Source of the DNA: Heteronotia binoei
Lineage: Eukaryota
DNA: 64,000 nucleotides
Assembly (NCBI RefSeq): GCF_032191835.1
Contig: NC_083226.1
Location: 139,376,001-139,440,000, forward strand
Reading direction: 5' to 3'
The notes under the pieces are model-generated. The model worked only from the letters and a program-made list of their open reading frames with translations, did not search any database and was not told the origin of the DNA. Positions within the stretch are counted from its first letter, which is position 1, and each line of letters begins with the position of its first letter. Made by a program: the position numbers and the translations under genes. Below are positions 11,873 through 43,588 of the stretch, in pieces.

Positions 11873-13196
11873 CAGAGATGGCCAAACTGTGACTCAGGAG
11901 CCACACAATGCGTTTAAATCAGCATTTTCCCGGGCGTGTAAGAAAGGGCTACAAGAACTAAGCATTGATGCAATCCTTCACATCCTCCTCCTCATGATCT
12001 GCCTAACATAGAATCAGCATTGCTGTCAGATGGCCATCTAGCCTCTGTTTAAAAACCTTCAAGGAAGGAGAGCCCAACACCTCCTGAGGAAGCCTGCTCC
12101 ACTGAGGAACCGCTCTGTCAGGAAGTTCTTCCTAATGTTTAGCTGCAAACTCTTGATTTAATTTCAACCTACTGGTCCTGGTCTAACCTTCTGGGGCAAC
12201 AGAAAACAATTCTGTGCCATCCTCTATATGACAGTCCTTCAAGTACTTGAAGATGGTGATCATATCACCTCTCAGCCTCTTCCTTCCCAGGCTAAATATA
12301 TCCAGCTCCTTCAACCTTTCCTCAAATACTCTAGGTGAGGTTTAACCAGAGCAAAGTAAATCAATACTATAACTTCTCTGGACACTATACTTCTGTTGAT
12401 AAAGCACAAAATAGAATTTGCCTTTTTAGCTACCACATCACACTACTGACTCATGTTCAGTGGTCCACTAAGACCCTTAGATCCTTTTTGCACATACTGC
12501 TGCCAAGACAAGTCTCTCCCATCCTATAATTACGCATTTGATTCTTCCTACCTAAATGCAGAACTTTACATTCATCCGTTAAAATTCATTTTATTTTTTT
12601 TAGCCCAGTTTTCCAGCCTGTCAAGATCATCCTGTATCCTGTTTCTGTCTTGTGTGTGAAGTGAGGAAGGAGGGGGAAATAGGCAGGCTTGTAAGTTCTC
12701 CACCACCACCACCACAGAGGTCACCAAGAGACCTAGAGTGGGGAAAAAGAGTGCAAGAGCTGAGGGAACCACTGAAAAGAGGGACAGAGTTAACAAGGGC
12801 AGTGCATGGTTCCCCCTTGTTTCACAGCTCTTGCAGGAGCTGTATTTACTAACCGTGGTGTCAAGGCCAAGATGCAAAACAGTGCAAATGGTAGTCAGTG
12901 ATTTATATGGTACATGTGTGTTTCCTTCTCCCACTGGTGTCAAAAAATAATTCTCTAACTTTTCCATATGCTGGTCTTATGAAGAGTGTTATTCTCAGCT
13001 TTTGTTTTTTAAAGTCTCCTTCTAGGAATGTTGTGTTATAAAGTGCATACATATGTATTTTATCTTTCTGTGCAGAGAAAGTATTGAGTTTTAATAAAAA
13101 ATGTGTGTGTAATATTTGTTCATGTCTTGCGACTCTCAAACATCTGATGCTTATTCTATGCGTGGGTCTTACATTAAGCAAGTTTGGCAACCCCTG
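11873..13196. mobile_element. hAT non-autonomous element with nested CR1, immediately 3' of CDK7
   Basis: TIRs CAGAGATGGCCAAACT / AGTTTGGCAACCCCTG; TSD CTTTATCT / CTCCATCT (6/8). The same family occurs at 56346-56660 in the opposite orientation. Confidence 0.65.
11935..12650 (-). mobile_element. CR1 LINE 3' fragment nested in a hAT element
   Basis: QDRNRIQDDLDRLENWAKKNKMNFN (CR1 RT C-terminal region) and a CR1-type 3' end. Confidence 0.85.
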
Positions 13197-13271
13197 CTCC
13201 ATCTCATAGCTAACACTTGTTTTAATATTATGTTTAAGTATTATTAATAATTATTAAACAATTTTTGCAGT

Positions 13272-13277
13272 TTTATT
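13272..13277 (-). terminator. CDK7 polyadenylation signal AATAAA
   Basis: AATAAA about 170 nt after the stop codon in an AT-rich UTR. Confidence 0.7.
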
Positions 13278-13447
13278 TTTTAAGCCACAATAAAAATACA
13301 TGGTTTTAGAATTTAAACACACTTACACATACTTTATACATGTTCACATTTACAATTTTACTTTTCATCCATGTTCATTTTGAGTCTTCACATTTCACCT
13401 TTTCATACTTCAGCAGCAAAAATGTTCAATATTCATTTCCATGCTAG

Positions 13448-31504
<18,057 letters not shown>

Positions 31505-34500
31505 TCCGATAACAGACGAAAGGGGGGGGGGGGAGGGAAGGGTGATTTAACACCGTCCCTACAGGAGCTCCAAACCGCTTCCGGCTTCCTCCCCAGCCCG
31601 CCCCTTCGTCGTCTGAAAATCCGCCTCCATCTCCGGGGCCACTCTTGCTTCCTGCGCATGCGCCATCTTCTGACCAATGAATTTCCTTCGTTAAGCTTCC
31701 GCCAGACCTTAGCAACTGTCTCTAAAATAAAATCAGACACTTCCTGAAAAGAAGCTCCGCCTCTTCTCGTTCTTCCGGCTCCTCCTTGGCTGCCGCTTGA
31801 GAAAAAATTTTAATCACAGGCGGAAATGAGGCAAACTGTGGGACGTTGCTGCTCGGCCCTTGGCAGGTTTTGTTTGCGGCTTTGCTAAAGCCCGTGTGTG
31901 ATTTGCGACTGCAGCTTCTGACATTAGAAAAGTGGGCGCTGCTTGATTAATCGTCTTTCCAGGAGATTCCTCGTCCAAGTACGATTGGACCGCGTCAGTT
32001 CTGCGTAGCTTCAGCGAGGCTGCTGGTGTCTCACGTACCTTCCAGTGATATGCTCGTAGTTCTAGTCTGCGATGGAACAGCTCAGGAAGTTGCTTGTAAA
32101 GGGAATAAGATTGTAGTCCATTGCAGTGTTTCTTGTTATCATGTATCACCTTTATACTGCTGCATCAGCTTCCACCTTTGTAACCCGCTTTCTGTATTGT
32201 GGTATTGTTATGCCTTAGGCCGTTTGTTGTTTGTATTGTTTATTGGAGGTCCTTGCTGCCTGATCGATTTTTAAAAAGAAAATTGTGTAATTTGCTTTGG
32301 AGTCTTAAGTGCAAAAGGTGGACTATGAATGAAGTAAATAAAGTCTCCTTTATGATAAGCTGTTCTTTAAATAAGTAAATGAAATTAGTTAAATTATATG
32401 TTGATGTAGGGTTGGAAAAAGAACTGATTAAGGTAGGGCAAAGCAAAAATAAATGCAAACAGTTAAACAATATTTCACAAAGGTTGACAGAATCTCCAAA
32501 GTACAAAATTACCTTTATGGTATCCTTTAGAACAATTCGTATTATAATACTTTTATAAGGTTACACTTTCTTTTGGGGGATCCAAAACACTTGAGTTTAT
32601 GGCTGTCAGCATTAATCACCTGACACATTCTAGGAAAACAGTAATCTGTAGTCAAAAGAAGGGAATCCTGTGGCACCATAAGGAATAACTTTAGTTTGTG
32701 ATGTCAGTTGCTGTAAATTCTAATTCTCAAACTACATCTGATAAAGTAGGCTAGTGTATGAAAATATATGCCATAATAAATGTGTTGTCTCTAAGAGGCC
32801 ATAACACAATTTTTAATGAAGCATTGTTATACATGTAAGATAACTGGAATTCCTGAATTGATGTAGTTTTATTTCTCCAGTAAAATACTTCTATTTTTTT
32901 TTTCATTGTATTGTCTACATAAAACTATACTGGTGCCACTTCTACACTCCTAATAAAAGCAGACCAAAACTACCTTCTTGCATTTTTTTTCATTAGTATT
33001 CCTAGTCAATGAACTCCTGCATAATAGTTTATATGGTTTATTGGTTCCTTTTTCATGTAACAGCTTTCTACTGAAAGATGAAATCAAGACCATTCACAAA
33101 TTTGTCTAAGAACTTCACATACACATATTTATAAATAGCTTTTAGAGCAAAGGACTAATGGGTATCTTGGCCACGATCGAGTTCCTTTGCCATATGTACC
33201 CATACATCTTTCACCCTGTTAAGAAATCTATTTGCTATATCTGCTCTGCCAGTACAGAGATAGAAGGGTTTCTGGAGTCGTCCATTGACTTCCAAGTGAT
33301 CAGTAATAGTACTGCTAACCTATGTGACAATTTATGTCCAAAAAGAATGCTGTACATGAACTCTGCTTGATGTTTTTTCTCTTCCCCACAGTAGCAAGGC
33401 AGCAGACTGTGCACAGACAGCTAATACCTTAAGGTAAATGTACCGATTGCTAGGATAGTGTGCTGCAACTTTCCATTCTAACTGGAATAAGACAGGGCTA
33501 AGAAATAGATTGGACAACCTTTTACAGCTGTGTTATGCTACAAGTTTTTAGTACCTTCTGCTTACAGTACCCTGTTCAACCTGGACAGCCTCGTTATCTC
33601 TGAAGTAATTTCTGTTGTCATTAGCAGAAATGTCAGAGTTTGAAAAATATGGGAGATGTTGCCACAGAGCTGGCAATGGAAGCAATCATACCATTCAATT
33701 AAACAATACCTTTCACAAGATAAGTTCTTTCACAAAATTCACAACATAAATTTATTGCTTGTTAGAACTGTGGGAGGCTGCACTTCTATTTTTTCATAAC
33801 GTTCTCTAGTCTAAGCTTACATGCTTTAACACAACTAGGCAAAAATCGCCTATATGGAAACAAGCTAACAAAAGCAAAGCAGCAACTCGTGGATCAATGG
33901 CTTGAGAGATCGGAGACAACATTCAGAATGGACCTTACACATAATGATTAGACACATTCATTGTGGCCTTTCCTAATAATTATAGTTATTACAAATGCAA
34001 GTGAGGTGCCTCACAGAGTCTTTTAGTTATACAATCTGTTGATGCTCTTTGCCAATGAATTCCTTCATATGCAACATGTAAGTCAGGATGAGTCTTATTT
34101 TACATCCTTATCTACCAATCTGTTCTGAGTGTAGTTTGAGCAGTTCCTCCAGCCGAACAGCCTATTTATCCACCCAAAGAAAACAATCCATCCTTTGTAC
34201 ATACAGGTTATAATGCTTTATACTGAAACAAATGCACATAATTTACACACCAGAGATCATGAGGCATTTCATTCCCCATAAATACTGCCAATATTAACTG
34301 GTTGGCAATTTTTCAAAAGAAAAGAAAATCTAGTAATTATGTTTAAGTATGTTTGTATTATCTAAAAAGAAAAGCCTCAAGCCCTCTACAACTCCAGTCA
34401 ATTAGCATCTAGAGAGAGACAGATCTGACTAATACTTCCATATTTTGGAAAATGCAACATCTTTTTACGTCTGACCAATGGAAAATTTAAGATACTGTTC

Positions 34501-36265
34501 TATATAGTGCTCCATGAGCAAGCTTCCATCAGGCTCATAAATGTGTCCTATCAACTGTTATTCCTAGCCACAGAAACCTTTTAATATAATTACTGTGTAG
34601 TACACCCAAACATTACTTGATTACCCCACTGATGTTGAAGTAACTTGACCTAGTCTAGTTCTGTGTAACTGGATATAGGTCACTTTTTGTGATTATTTTG
34701 GTTTTAAACAGCAACAAAAAAGGGTGACTACCTCTAAGTCTGGCAATTTTCCTAAATTTATACCTCAGTGTGGGGTGTGTGTGAAAGAAGAGATTGGGAG
34801 CTCAGTTAAAAAGTTAAAAGCCAGTTTAAACCATCTGACCAAATCTTTGGTTTGGATTGTGCAATTCATCAATGGAAGGCAAATATGGTTTCAGATCTTC
34901 CCTTACTTTCCTCTCCTCCCCAGCAGTCTCTCCCAACCCTGGAAAAGCCATTTCCTGGGGTTGCAGAACCTGTTTAGAGTAATACACAGCAGCAGGCTGC
35001 AGTGATGAGGGGGAAGGGGGAAAACTTGCATCTTTCATTAGCAGAGTTGCACTGCACTCATCCTCTTCTCCTTCCTCACTGCAGCCAAAGACATGGCTAT
35101 TATTACACATAGGTCCATGACACTTAGAACTGAGTTTCCTTGTATTGGAAGGAACTGCTGAGGGAAGAGAAAGCAGGGAAGACTCACAATCCTTGTGTGA
35201 TTTCCAGATACAGCCCTTGATAGGCTTAAAACCCACATTTTAGTGTAGTTTCCAGTTTCTTAAGTTTTGTTCAAAGAATGATAGTGTAAATATTCTAATA
35301 GGCTGCAACAAAAAATTCATGGACTGCCCAGATAGTAACTCTGAAATATTTAAAAGCCTAGAGTTGAATCCAATTGAAGCCAGACTGAGCCCTCATGCAT
35401 GAATTAGTTTTGGAAGTGATCCCTGCTTTCCCTACACCCAACACGAGTACAGGTGTACGCATGGGCAGTGTGAAGAAACACTGAAGGAAATGCTTCTATA
35501 TTCCCACTCTGCCTTCCTTTTGTATACCATGCTGGCTACTCATACATCAAAGGACAAGTCATTTCTGCAGCACAGAGGAGGATGTGGGGTAGGACAGGGA
35601 TATAGGGAGTATGCACAAATCCTCACACCACTCCCTTGCTTGTTATGCAAACTTATATGTTCATACTGGCAAAAAAAGGGGGTGGGAATAAGGCAACCCT
35701 ATGCAAGGCAACCCATGTTCAACTGGATCAGGTGCCAAGTATTTGTTTTACCCAAAACAGCAGGCTGATGAATCTCCAATAAATGCGTTTGTAATGAACT
35801 GTATTATGTCCAATAAAACCACTAACATTGACAAGTGCTTTCTTAATGTCATTCCCATTCTTAAAACTTGGAGGGGGAAACCAAAAAACCAACTCACTTG
35901 AAGAACAGAGGTAAAGCCTCACTTTTGACAGCCATAGGCATTACACAAAAAACCCAAAACAAAATCAGGAAACAGGAAAACTGGCAGTCTGCTGAGATGA
36001 AATTTTTTTTTTGCCATCAGAGATCCTTTATTCTTCCTTATTGCCTCAATGAGATATTAAAAATTATACTACTGAGCATATTAATAAAATAAATTTTAAT
36101 AGTGTGGTGGTAATAAAGTGGAAATATACTTAGCCAGAATTGTCTTCTTATTTGGGATATATACACTGTTTCAGGCATTTATACCTTTTCATTCCTCATA
36201 AAAAAGGCCTTTAACAAAGCTGTTTGTTTACAGACATTTATAACATCCAAAGAAGTATGAAGGCC

Positions 36266-36271
36266 TTTATT
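36266..36271 (-). terminator. MRPS36 polyadenylation signal AATAAA
   Basis: AATAAA about 50 nt after the stop codon. Confidence 0.6.
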
Positions 36272-36323
36272 GTGAATAGAACAATTGGCTGTTCAGCATT
36301 AGCTAACAGTCTGGTCTTCTGTG

Positions 36324-39300
36324 TTATTCCGGACCTCCACGCTGTAAAAGAAAATATTGCATTTTAATATTGTACTCAATTTATATTCCTGTGTTCTTAA
36401 TTCTTAATTTGGGCTTTCTTTGCCCTTGTTAACCCACTGATGTAGTGCTTAAGTTCAAGAGGAATACAGAACACAAAAATTGTGCCACCATTTGGATTTT
36501 CTTGTTGAAGGCTTTCCTCCATCCGTTGTTTATGGGTCTTGGTAGATTCAGGGTAGCTTGTCTGTTCCACTCTGCCACGCAGGACAAAAGTGTTCATTTG
36601 ATTCCCTAGGGCACTGGTACACACTTCATAGATCACAGAAAGGCACATTCACCATCAACCAAAAGAGTCAATGACTCCTATATGGCCTGCGCATTATGTT
36701 CAAAGTTATTCAGTAGGCCTGGTTGACTGAGCTGAGACTATCATACTTGGGTCACATCCTGAGGAGGCAGGATGGAGGAGAGAAGAGAATAATGCTAAGA
36801 AAAGTCAAAGTCAGTAGATAAAGAGAAAGACTCCAACATAAGATGGACTGTCATAATAAAGGAAGTAAGGTCCTTCAGCTTACAAGACCTAGCAAGGCTG
36901 CTAGGATGTTCTGGAGGTCATTAAATCATAGCATTGACATGTCAGAAGCGATTTAGCACATAACACACAAAGGTAGACATCTGGGCAGAATGTGCCAGAA
37001 CTTAATTTTACTTCAATGTGTACTTTAAAAGCATAGCCTGGCTCACAAGCAATCACAATCTGATACCAGGTTAAGCAAAAAGAAAATTAATATGCCTGAC
37101 GTCTGATGCAGTAGCACCAGAGCAGACAAAGCTATTTCAAGCAAATGGTAACTGTAAGTATACTCATTAATGGCTGTAAACTGGGCATGAACACATTGCA
37201 TTTCTGTTACTGATTTTGAATGTATATATCCTTTTTAGCTTAGCAACCACAAAACATAATTTAAAACAATAACCTAAAAATATTGGACTTCATTTGCAGT
37301 CACGAGAACGCTCTAATAATTACATTGATTTGCCATTGAAATGGGATATGAGATTCTTTCAGACGATGGTTTGAACTAGATGGAGGAACACATTTAGTGG
37401 ATTATAGTTCTGTATTGTTCTAGTTGTATATCTTCTGCTAATGCCTTTGTGAAAGATTAGTTACATAATTCCAAGTATGCACCCTCTACCAATAGCATAC
37501 ATACAGACAGACCCCTACCAACTTAGGGTCTGTGAAGAACACTGAGCTTTTATTGCAAGTAAAAGTTGTTAAAAGCAGTCACAACCAGACACAGTAACCT
37601 CTGTTTGCAGAATTACCCTTTAATTCAGAGAAATTGTTACAAGACTGGTCTGTAAGCTTAAACAAGAGCTGGTAATTTATGGTGTAGAGCATGGGTGTCA
37701 AATGTCCAGCCTGTGGGCCAGAACCGGACCGCCCAGGGTTTTAATCAGGCCCGTGGAGCTCTATTCTCTCTCCTCTTGTCCTCACCCTTTGAAGCTCTGA
37801 CTTGTGGCTGCAGCAGGAACCTCTTCTGGGCTTGCAAAGAAAATGCAGAATGGATTTTCCATTAAGGTCTCCATGTCCAAATAGATAAGACTATTTAGGC
37901 CCAGAGACCTTAATGAAAAATCCATTCCACATTTTCCTTGCAACTCTGTCCATGTTGCAATGTGTTTAAATGGAGTGGAGATCAGCTTCACTTTCCAGGA
38001 TTCCTATAGCCAGCTGAAGCTGTTGCTTCCGGGAGTTGTGTCCTTGCAAATAAAGGGTTGATGCTTTCAGCCAGTTTTTCTCTGCTGAATGGATCTGAGA
38101 AATGATGCCTGGTGAGTACTCTACTCTGGGAACCCACAGCCAAAGGGGGATATTATATTGGAGAGCCATTGCCAATCTTAGTACTCCCTGGGAGGGGGGG
38201 GGGGCGCTTGCAATGGCCAGCCATTTCATGTTTTCCTAGTCTCATAGCATTTTATATTTTTAGTTTCTGCTGTGATCCTTGTGCTTTTTCTTGATGTTTT
38301 ATTTTAAAATTGTATTGCTGAATCCCACTATTACCCCACCTTTCTATTTTAAACAAAATATTGCAAGAGTTTTAAGCATGTCTGTATTTTAAGTAAAAAA
38401 AAAATTTAATTGTGTTTGTGTCTTTTTCAAGTTTATATCTCTGCTACCTGGCATTACATCTTATAACATGCATGGCTTGGCCCTACAAAATCCCATTTAT
38501 GTCAAATCCGGCCCTTGTAACAAATTAGGTCAACACCTCTGGTTTAGAGGAGTGACATCAGTTTTTAAGAGATCATAAATGCTGAAGGAAGCTACAAATA
38601 TCCTGTAACTTACTTGGATGTATTCCATCTCTTCAACTGACATAGGTTTCCTCCGATACTTCATAGGAAATGTTCGTAATAGTTCTGAAGTGTCTGGCGT
38701 GCCTTGTATTCTACTAATGGATGAAATATTTTGATAAGACGGCGGCTGACCTATAGACTTTTGTGAGGCTGAAGCATGGAGTGGAGGCACTCTTGATTCG
38801 AAAGATTCCTGCACTGAAAGACCAACAAAACAGACCCCAAACCACCTGCATTAGCCAAATATTCCAGACATCTGGAATTATGCAACTGTTTGTTATTGAG
38901 CATGATTAAAAAGCAGACATCAAGAAATAAAACATTAACCAAAATATTGAGATGATCTTTGAGAACTGGGATCCTGAGTTCCAAAACATTGGAGAAATTC
39001 CCAGCATGATCACTGAAACACAGCATGGACAGGATGCAATGGAATAGGATGCAACGTTAGAGGTGCTTTAAAGGGCTTGGGAAAGAGCTTTTTAAAAAGG
39101 ATACAATGTTAGAAGGGGCCTAAAGTTGCAAATTACATGACACATCTAGACTTGGGAAGACACACTGGCCTTAAATTTCATTTGATCTCCACCTCTGACT
39201 GTCCTAAATAGAAGACTTTTATAGAGATCTTCAAGGGATAAAAGACCAAATGCTTACTGCAATTTATTATAAAAGCAGGGCTATATGAATTAATGTTTCG

Positions 39301-41795
39301 ATTGCCAGCATAATTCACAGTGTAGTAAACATATACTGCACTTCTATTTTTGTCCAACCAGAATTGCTTGAACCCTGGAAAGGGTAATGATGTGCTGGAA
39401 AAAATTTTTTCACTCCACCAGAGCTCTTGGAATGGCACCTCCAAAGTAAACCCAAACATTAGTTCAAAATGATTTCAATCCTAAACCAGAAAGCAAGCTT
39501 TCATTCCTAAATCAGGCTTTAACTAAAGGTTTATCTTTCTCAGCCTGCTTATAGGCTGAGGAGTCCTTTACTAGTACCATGTTAGGCTGCTAAATGTTTT
39601 ATGCCATTTCAATGCTATGTCTGATTTTTTTCAGTGGTTTGTTAATTTTAGTGATTTTGTCATGTTATACTTTGTGAGCCACCTAGAGCAGTTCTATGGA
39701 AAGGCAACAAATAATTTTTAAAATAAAGACATAAATGTTATTTATTTACTGAAAATGTTTATACACCCCGTTTTTCTCCCAATATTGTCAGGACCAAAGG
39801 TAGGTAACAAGTACAATGTAAAAATAAGCATCTATTAAAATACATTATACAATTATGCCAGAGCCCCCAAATATAAACTTCAAGCTGCCCCATAAGCTCT
39901 TTTAAATAGTTTTGTTGGAAAGCTGTGAGTGTAGATGCCTGCCTCATCTCTTCTACAGCAGCAAAGCAGCAACAAAAATGGCCCAAGTCATAACAGAATA
40001 TATTCTCAAGAGGGGGACTGCTAGGAAACACTGTTGTGAAGAGCACAACTACCACAAACATCCATATCACAAGAGACAGTGCCTCATGTTAGGGCTTAAA
40101 GGTAACCACTAGCATCTTAAATAGGTTCCACAGCCAGTGAAGAGGCTCCAGGACCAATGTAATTCAGTCCTAATGGGCAGGTAACAAATGGGCTGTTATA
40201 TTTTGCACCAGCTGAAGTTTTCAAATGGTGTTCAAGGGCAGTTTCATGTACAGTGCGTGGCAGTACTCATGCCTTGAGGTTACCATGATATGGATCAGCC
40301 ACAGTGAAGAAAACTCTCAACATCACCTTTCTTTTGCCTGGATTTGGTTTCAGTTGATCATCACATTCAGGCACTGGCTGAATACTGAGATGGCAGCTCC
40401 TGGTGATTTAGTCAAAGTGAACATACTAGTGACATTTCACTGGTATTCAAAAAAAGCTATCTAATGCAAGTTTTTTTTTTTAACAAAAGAAATACTTACT
40501 TCTAGGTTTGGGAATATTTGTTCTGTCTGGAAACTTAATCAAGGGTGTATGTGGCTTTACTACCTAAAGAAGAGACAAATAAGTGAAAGAAAACGGAAGA
40601 TACAAGACAAAGGTAAGTCAGTAATAACATGTATGAGATAGAATATTTCTTGCCAAAGATGAAATCCAGCAAGTACTGATGCGTTGCTGTTTCTGTTCAA
40701 TTCAATGTGTATTATAGGACAGAGCAACACAGCTCCACTTGGAATGCAAGACCAGCAAATGCTTCTGACTACACTATGCCTGGAAATAACCCTTTCTGGG
40801 AAATGGACTTACAAAAGCTAGAGTTCAACTTTATCATTAAGTTCAAAATGTATTCCTAAATTATCTCCAGAGGGGAAAAAAACTCCCTGTCAATTCATTT
40901 TCTAAGGATGCCCAGAAATAAATCCAGTGGTGGTGCTAGGCTCGTTCTTGTGCTACTCAAGGACAGAGATTATTAGCCATATTAAAGCGTAGGTTCCAAA
41001 GGTTACACTGAATCATTTACACAGAGTTTCCCCGAAGATCTTTCCCTTTTTATCTTCCAGCATGGTTTCTGTTTAAGGGAGGCAACTTGGTTTGGGGCTA
41101 TTTTCTTACAGAGCTATTGCACCACCACCAAGCTATTACATCTACCACCAAGGAATTTATTATATTTCCCCATCCTGGATAGAAGAAACAGAGGGACCTC
41201 GCAATCCTCCCCCCGCCCCCCCGTCATGCCCCCTTAACATAAAGTCCCTGGCTATGGCCCCGACTGTCTGCAGCCCACGCAAAAGCAGCCACCTGTGCGT
41301 GGTCAGCACCCCAGCAGGATAAGTGCAAGTGAACAAGGTGAACTTCTGCGAGATGACAGAAGGAAACACTGACTATTGTTTAAGTCCCACCCCTGCCTTG
41401 GGTAGCCTTGCAGTATCTACCATCCCCAGGGCTCCCAAGGCAAGATGAGTCGCCGGCTGTCAAAACAGGGTCCTCGAGCACACAGCGACTCCGTGAGACG
41501 CCTTTCTGCGAACCCGCCAGGGGGAAACAGCCTCTTCGGGGAGAGGCCCCAGCCCAGCCCCCGATCCTATTCTCCGCACCCGCCTCCCCTTGCCCTGCAA
41601 CCCGCAGCGTCCTCTGGCAGTTTGTCTTCCCGCCGAGGACACTGGCCGCAGCAGCTCCGTCTCCAACCCCAGGCCTCCCACGCTAGTCCCGGCCTGGCGC
41701 ACAGCCCCGCGGCGCTACCTACGGCTACGGCTCAGGAGGCGCCTTGCCTGACCTACCTGAGCGACCCTAGTGGCGGCCGCCATCTTACTGCCCAT
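36324..41795 (-). CDS. MRPS36: MRPS36/KGD4, alpha-ketoglutarate dehydrogenase component 4, complete, 4 coding exons, 106 aa
   Basis: Exons 41795-41757 (MGSKMAAATRVAQ), 40563-40500 (VVKPHTPLIKFPDRTNIPKPR), 38813-38614 (..GTPDTSELLRTFPMKYRRKPMSVEEMEYIQ), 36341-36324 (RGGPE*). GT-AG and in frame; termini match the KGD4 family; syntenic position. Confidence 0.97.
36760..36965 (+). mobile_element. Degenerate RTE/BovB-type LINE 3' fragment
   Basis: Resembles the RTE C-terminal/3' region (AGATGGA..TGGAGGTCATT..CATAG); heavily decayed. Confidence 0.45.
37690..38541. mobile_element. hAT (Charlie-like) non-autonomous element in MRPS36 intron 3
   Basis: Ends CATGGGTGTCAAA / TAGGTCAACACCTCTG with subterminal GGCC motifs; TSD GTGTAGAG / GTTTAGAG. 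Confidence 0.7.
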
Positions 41796-42230
41796 GGTGA
41801 CCCTCGGTCCAGGCAAGGGAAGGCGCGCATCCGGGCTGGGCCTTGCGGGAGGAGGCGGAGGCCTCGCCGAGCCCCGCCCAGCGAAGGGCGGGACTTTGCC
41901 CAGAAAGAATACCTGCCTGCGCCGTGAGTTGGCTGGGCGAGATGGGGATCAGTGCAGGAACCCCGGGCGAGGAGGGTGACAGGTTAGGTTTTCGTCTCCC
42001 CTCGCAGATCCTTGAACGCTGCGTGTGAGGCACATTCAAAAGCCAAAACATTGTGAGCATGAATTTACAATGACTGGGCTACCGTAGAACAAAGTTTGAG
42101 TCCACTGGCATCTTTAAGAAGAGAGTTTGACACTGGAACTTGAAATTTGGAGGAACGTAAAGGCACGGTAAGCGATCTAACTACGTTGCCGGGGTGGAGC
42201 GAGGGGCAAGGTCGTGACAAGCACAACTGA
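41400..42230 (-). promoter_or_regulatory. MRPS36 CpG-island promoter
   Basis: CpG-rich around exon 1; GC boxes (CCCCGCCC, GGGCGGG near 41872-41895); YY1-like AAGATGGCGGC over the second Met codon. Confidence 0.8.
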
Positions 42231-43588
42231 ACCCCGAGTTCTGGCTTATCATGTTTAAAGAGTCCACACCACACTCCCTTTAAATGCCTTCCCCGTCACT
42301 GAACATAATGGAGGATTGATTGAAGGCACCCTTTGGGGCTCATAAAATTGGACCTCCGACCTATCTTTTTGAAGTGGGGGGTGGGTTAAGGAGAGGCAGC
42401 AGATTCTGTTGAAAATTTGGCACTTCTACCTCAAAACACCCCCACCCCAGATACCCACAGATCAATTCTCCATTACACCCTATGAAGACCAGTCTCCATA
42501 GGATATAATGGGTTCCCAGCCAACATTCAACTGTGCCCCCCCACCGCTTTCTGATAACCCTGAAGTGAGGGGAGGGCCTCCAAACCAGGGGATCCCCTGC
42601 CCCCAACTGTACTACCAAGAGATCTCCAAGTGTTTTCTGGAGGTTTGCAACTCTATCCCAGCCATGTAGAAAGCCTTAATGAAAGCTTTTAAGTGGAAAT
42701 TACCAACTCGCAACATTAAACTGGAAGAATGGATAACTAAACCCTTCTGTAATTTCATTTTAATAGAACATAGCTTTAAAGTAGCCAAATGTATTAATAA
42801 AAATGCATATTTTTCTTCCGATAATACTAAAAAGGTTTTTATTTAGAGTACCCAGCATGTGAATCACCCCACCATCATTAAAAAGCTACACCCTGCTGCT
42901 AAATTCATTTTTTCACCTACACCTACACACAAAAGAATATACAGAAGAATAGAAATCTAACCTAGAGTAAGCAAACATGCTGTTGTGCCAGACCTCTCTT
43001 TGCTGCACAGAGTTTTGAAATGAAAATCCAGTATCACTGAACCTGGATTTCTAAAGCTACTGAATTTAGAATGACTTTAAACTTTTATCAAAATGCTAAA
43101 ATGGTTCTTATGCTGCTAGTTTGAAATATATTTTGCATAAAATGTGTTCATGAATAAGGACTGATAGTGAAGCCCAAATTGCCGGAACAGCCACCACCAG
43201 AACTCGCCTCTGTGAAACTTAGCCTTTCTGGCAGGAAATGAGGACAAAATCCAGCTAGAGCATTGTTCTAATTTTGTCCCAATAAAAAGACAGTAGCTTT
43301 CTTTCCAGCAGTTAGAAAAGCAGAAGCGATGAAAATAAGTCTAGAATCACAATATTCCTAACTCCCCATGGACATTTGCAATTATTTACACAACTTAGGA
43401 GGCCACAAATCTAGCCAGCTAAAATTAAAGTACACATTACAGCAGTAAGTTCTTTTTGGAATCTTGAAGTATACATCAGTACAAAATGCCCTTACGCAAA
43501 TGTCTGTTTAAGAACTTATGACTTGTTTTAACTATCAGATTGCCAATACAGAGAATATACAAAATGCAGTATTGGTAGTGCTGCTGCT

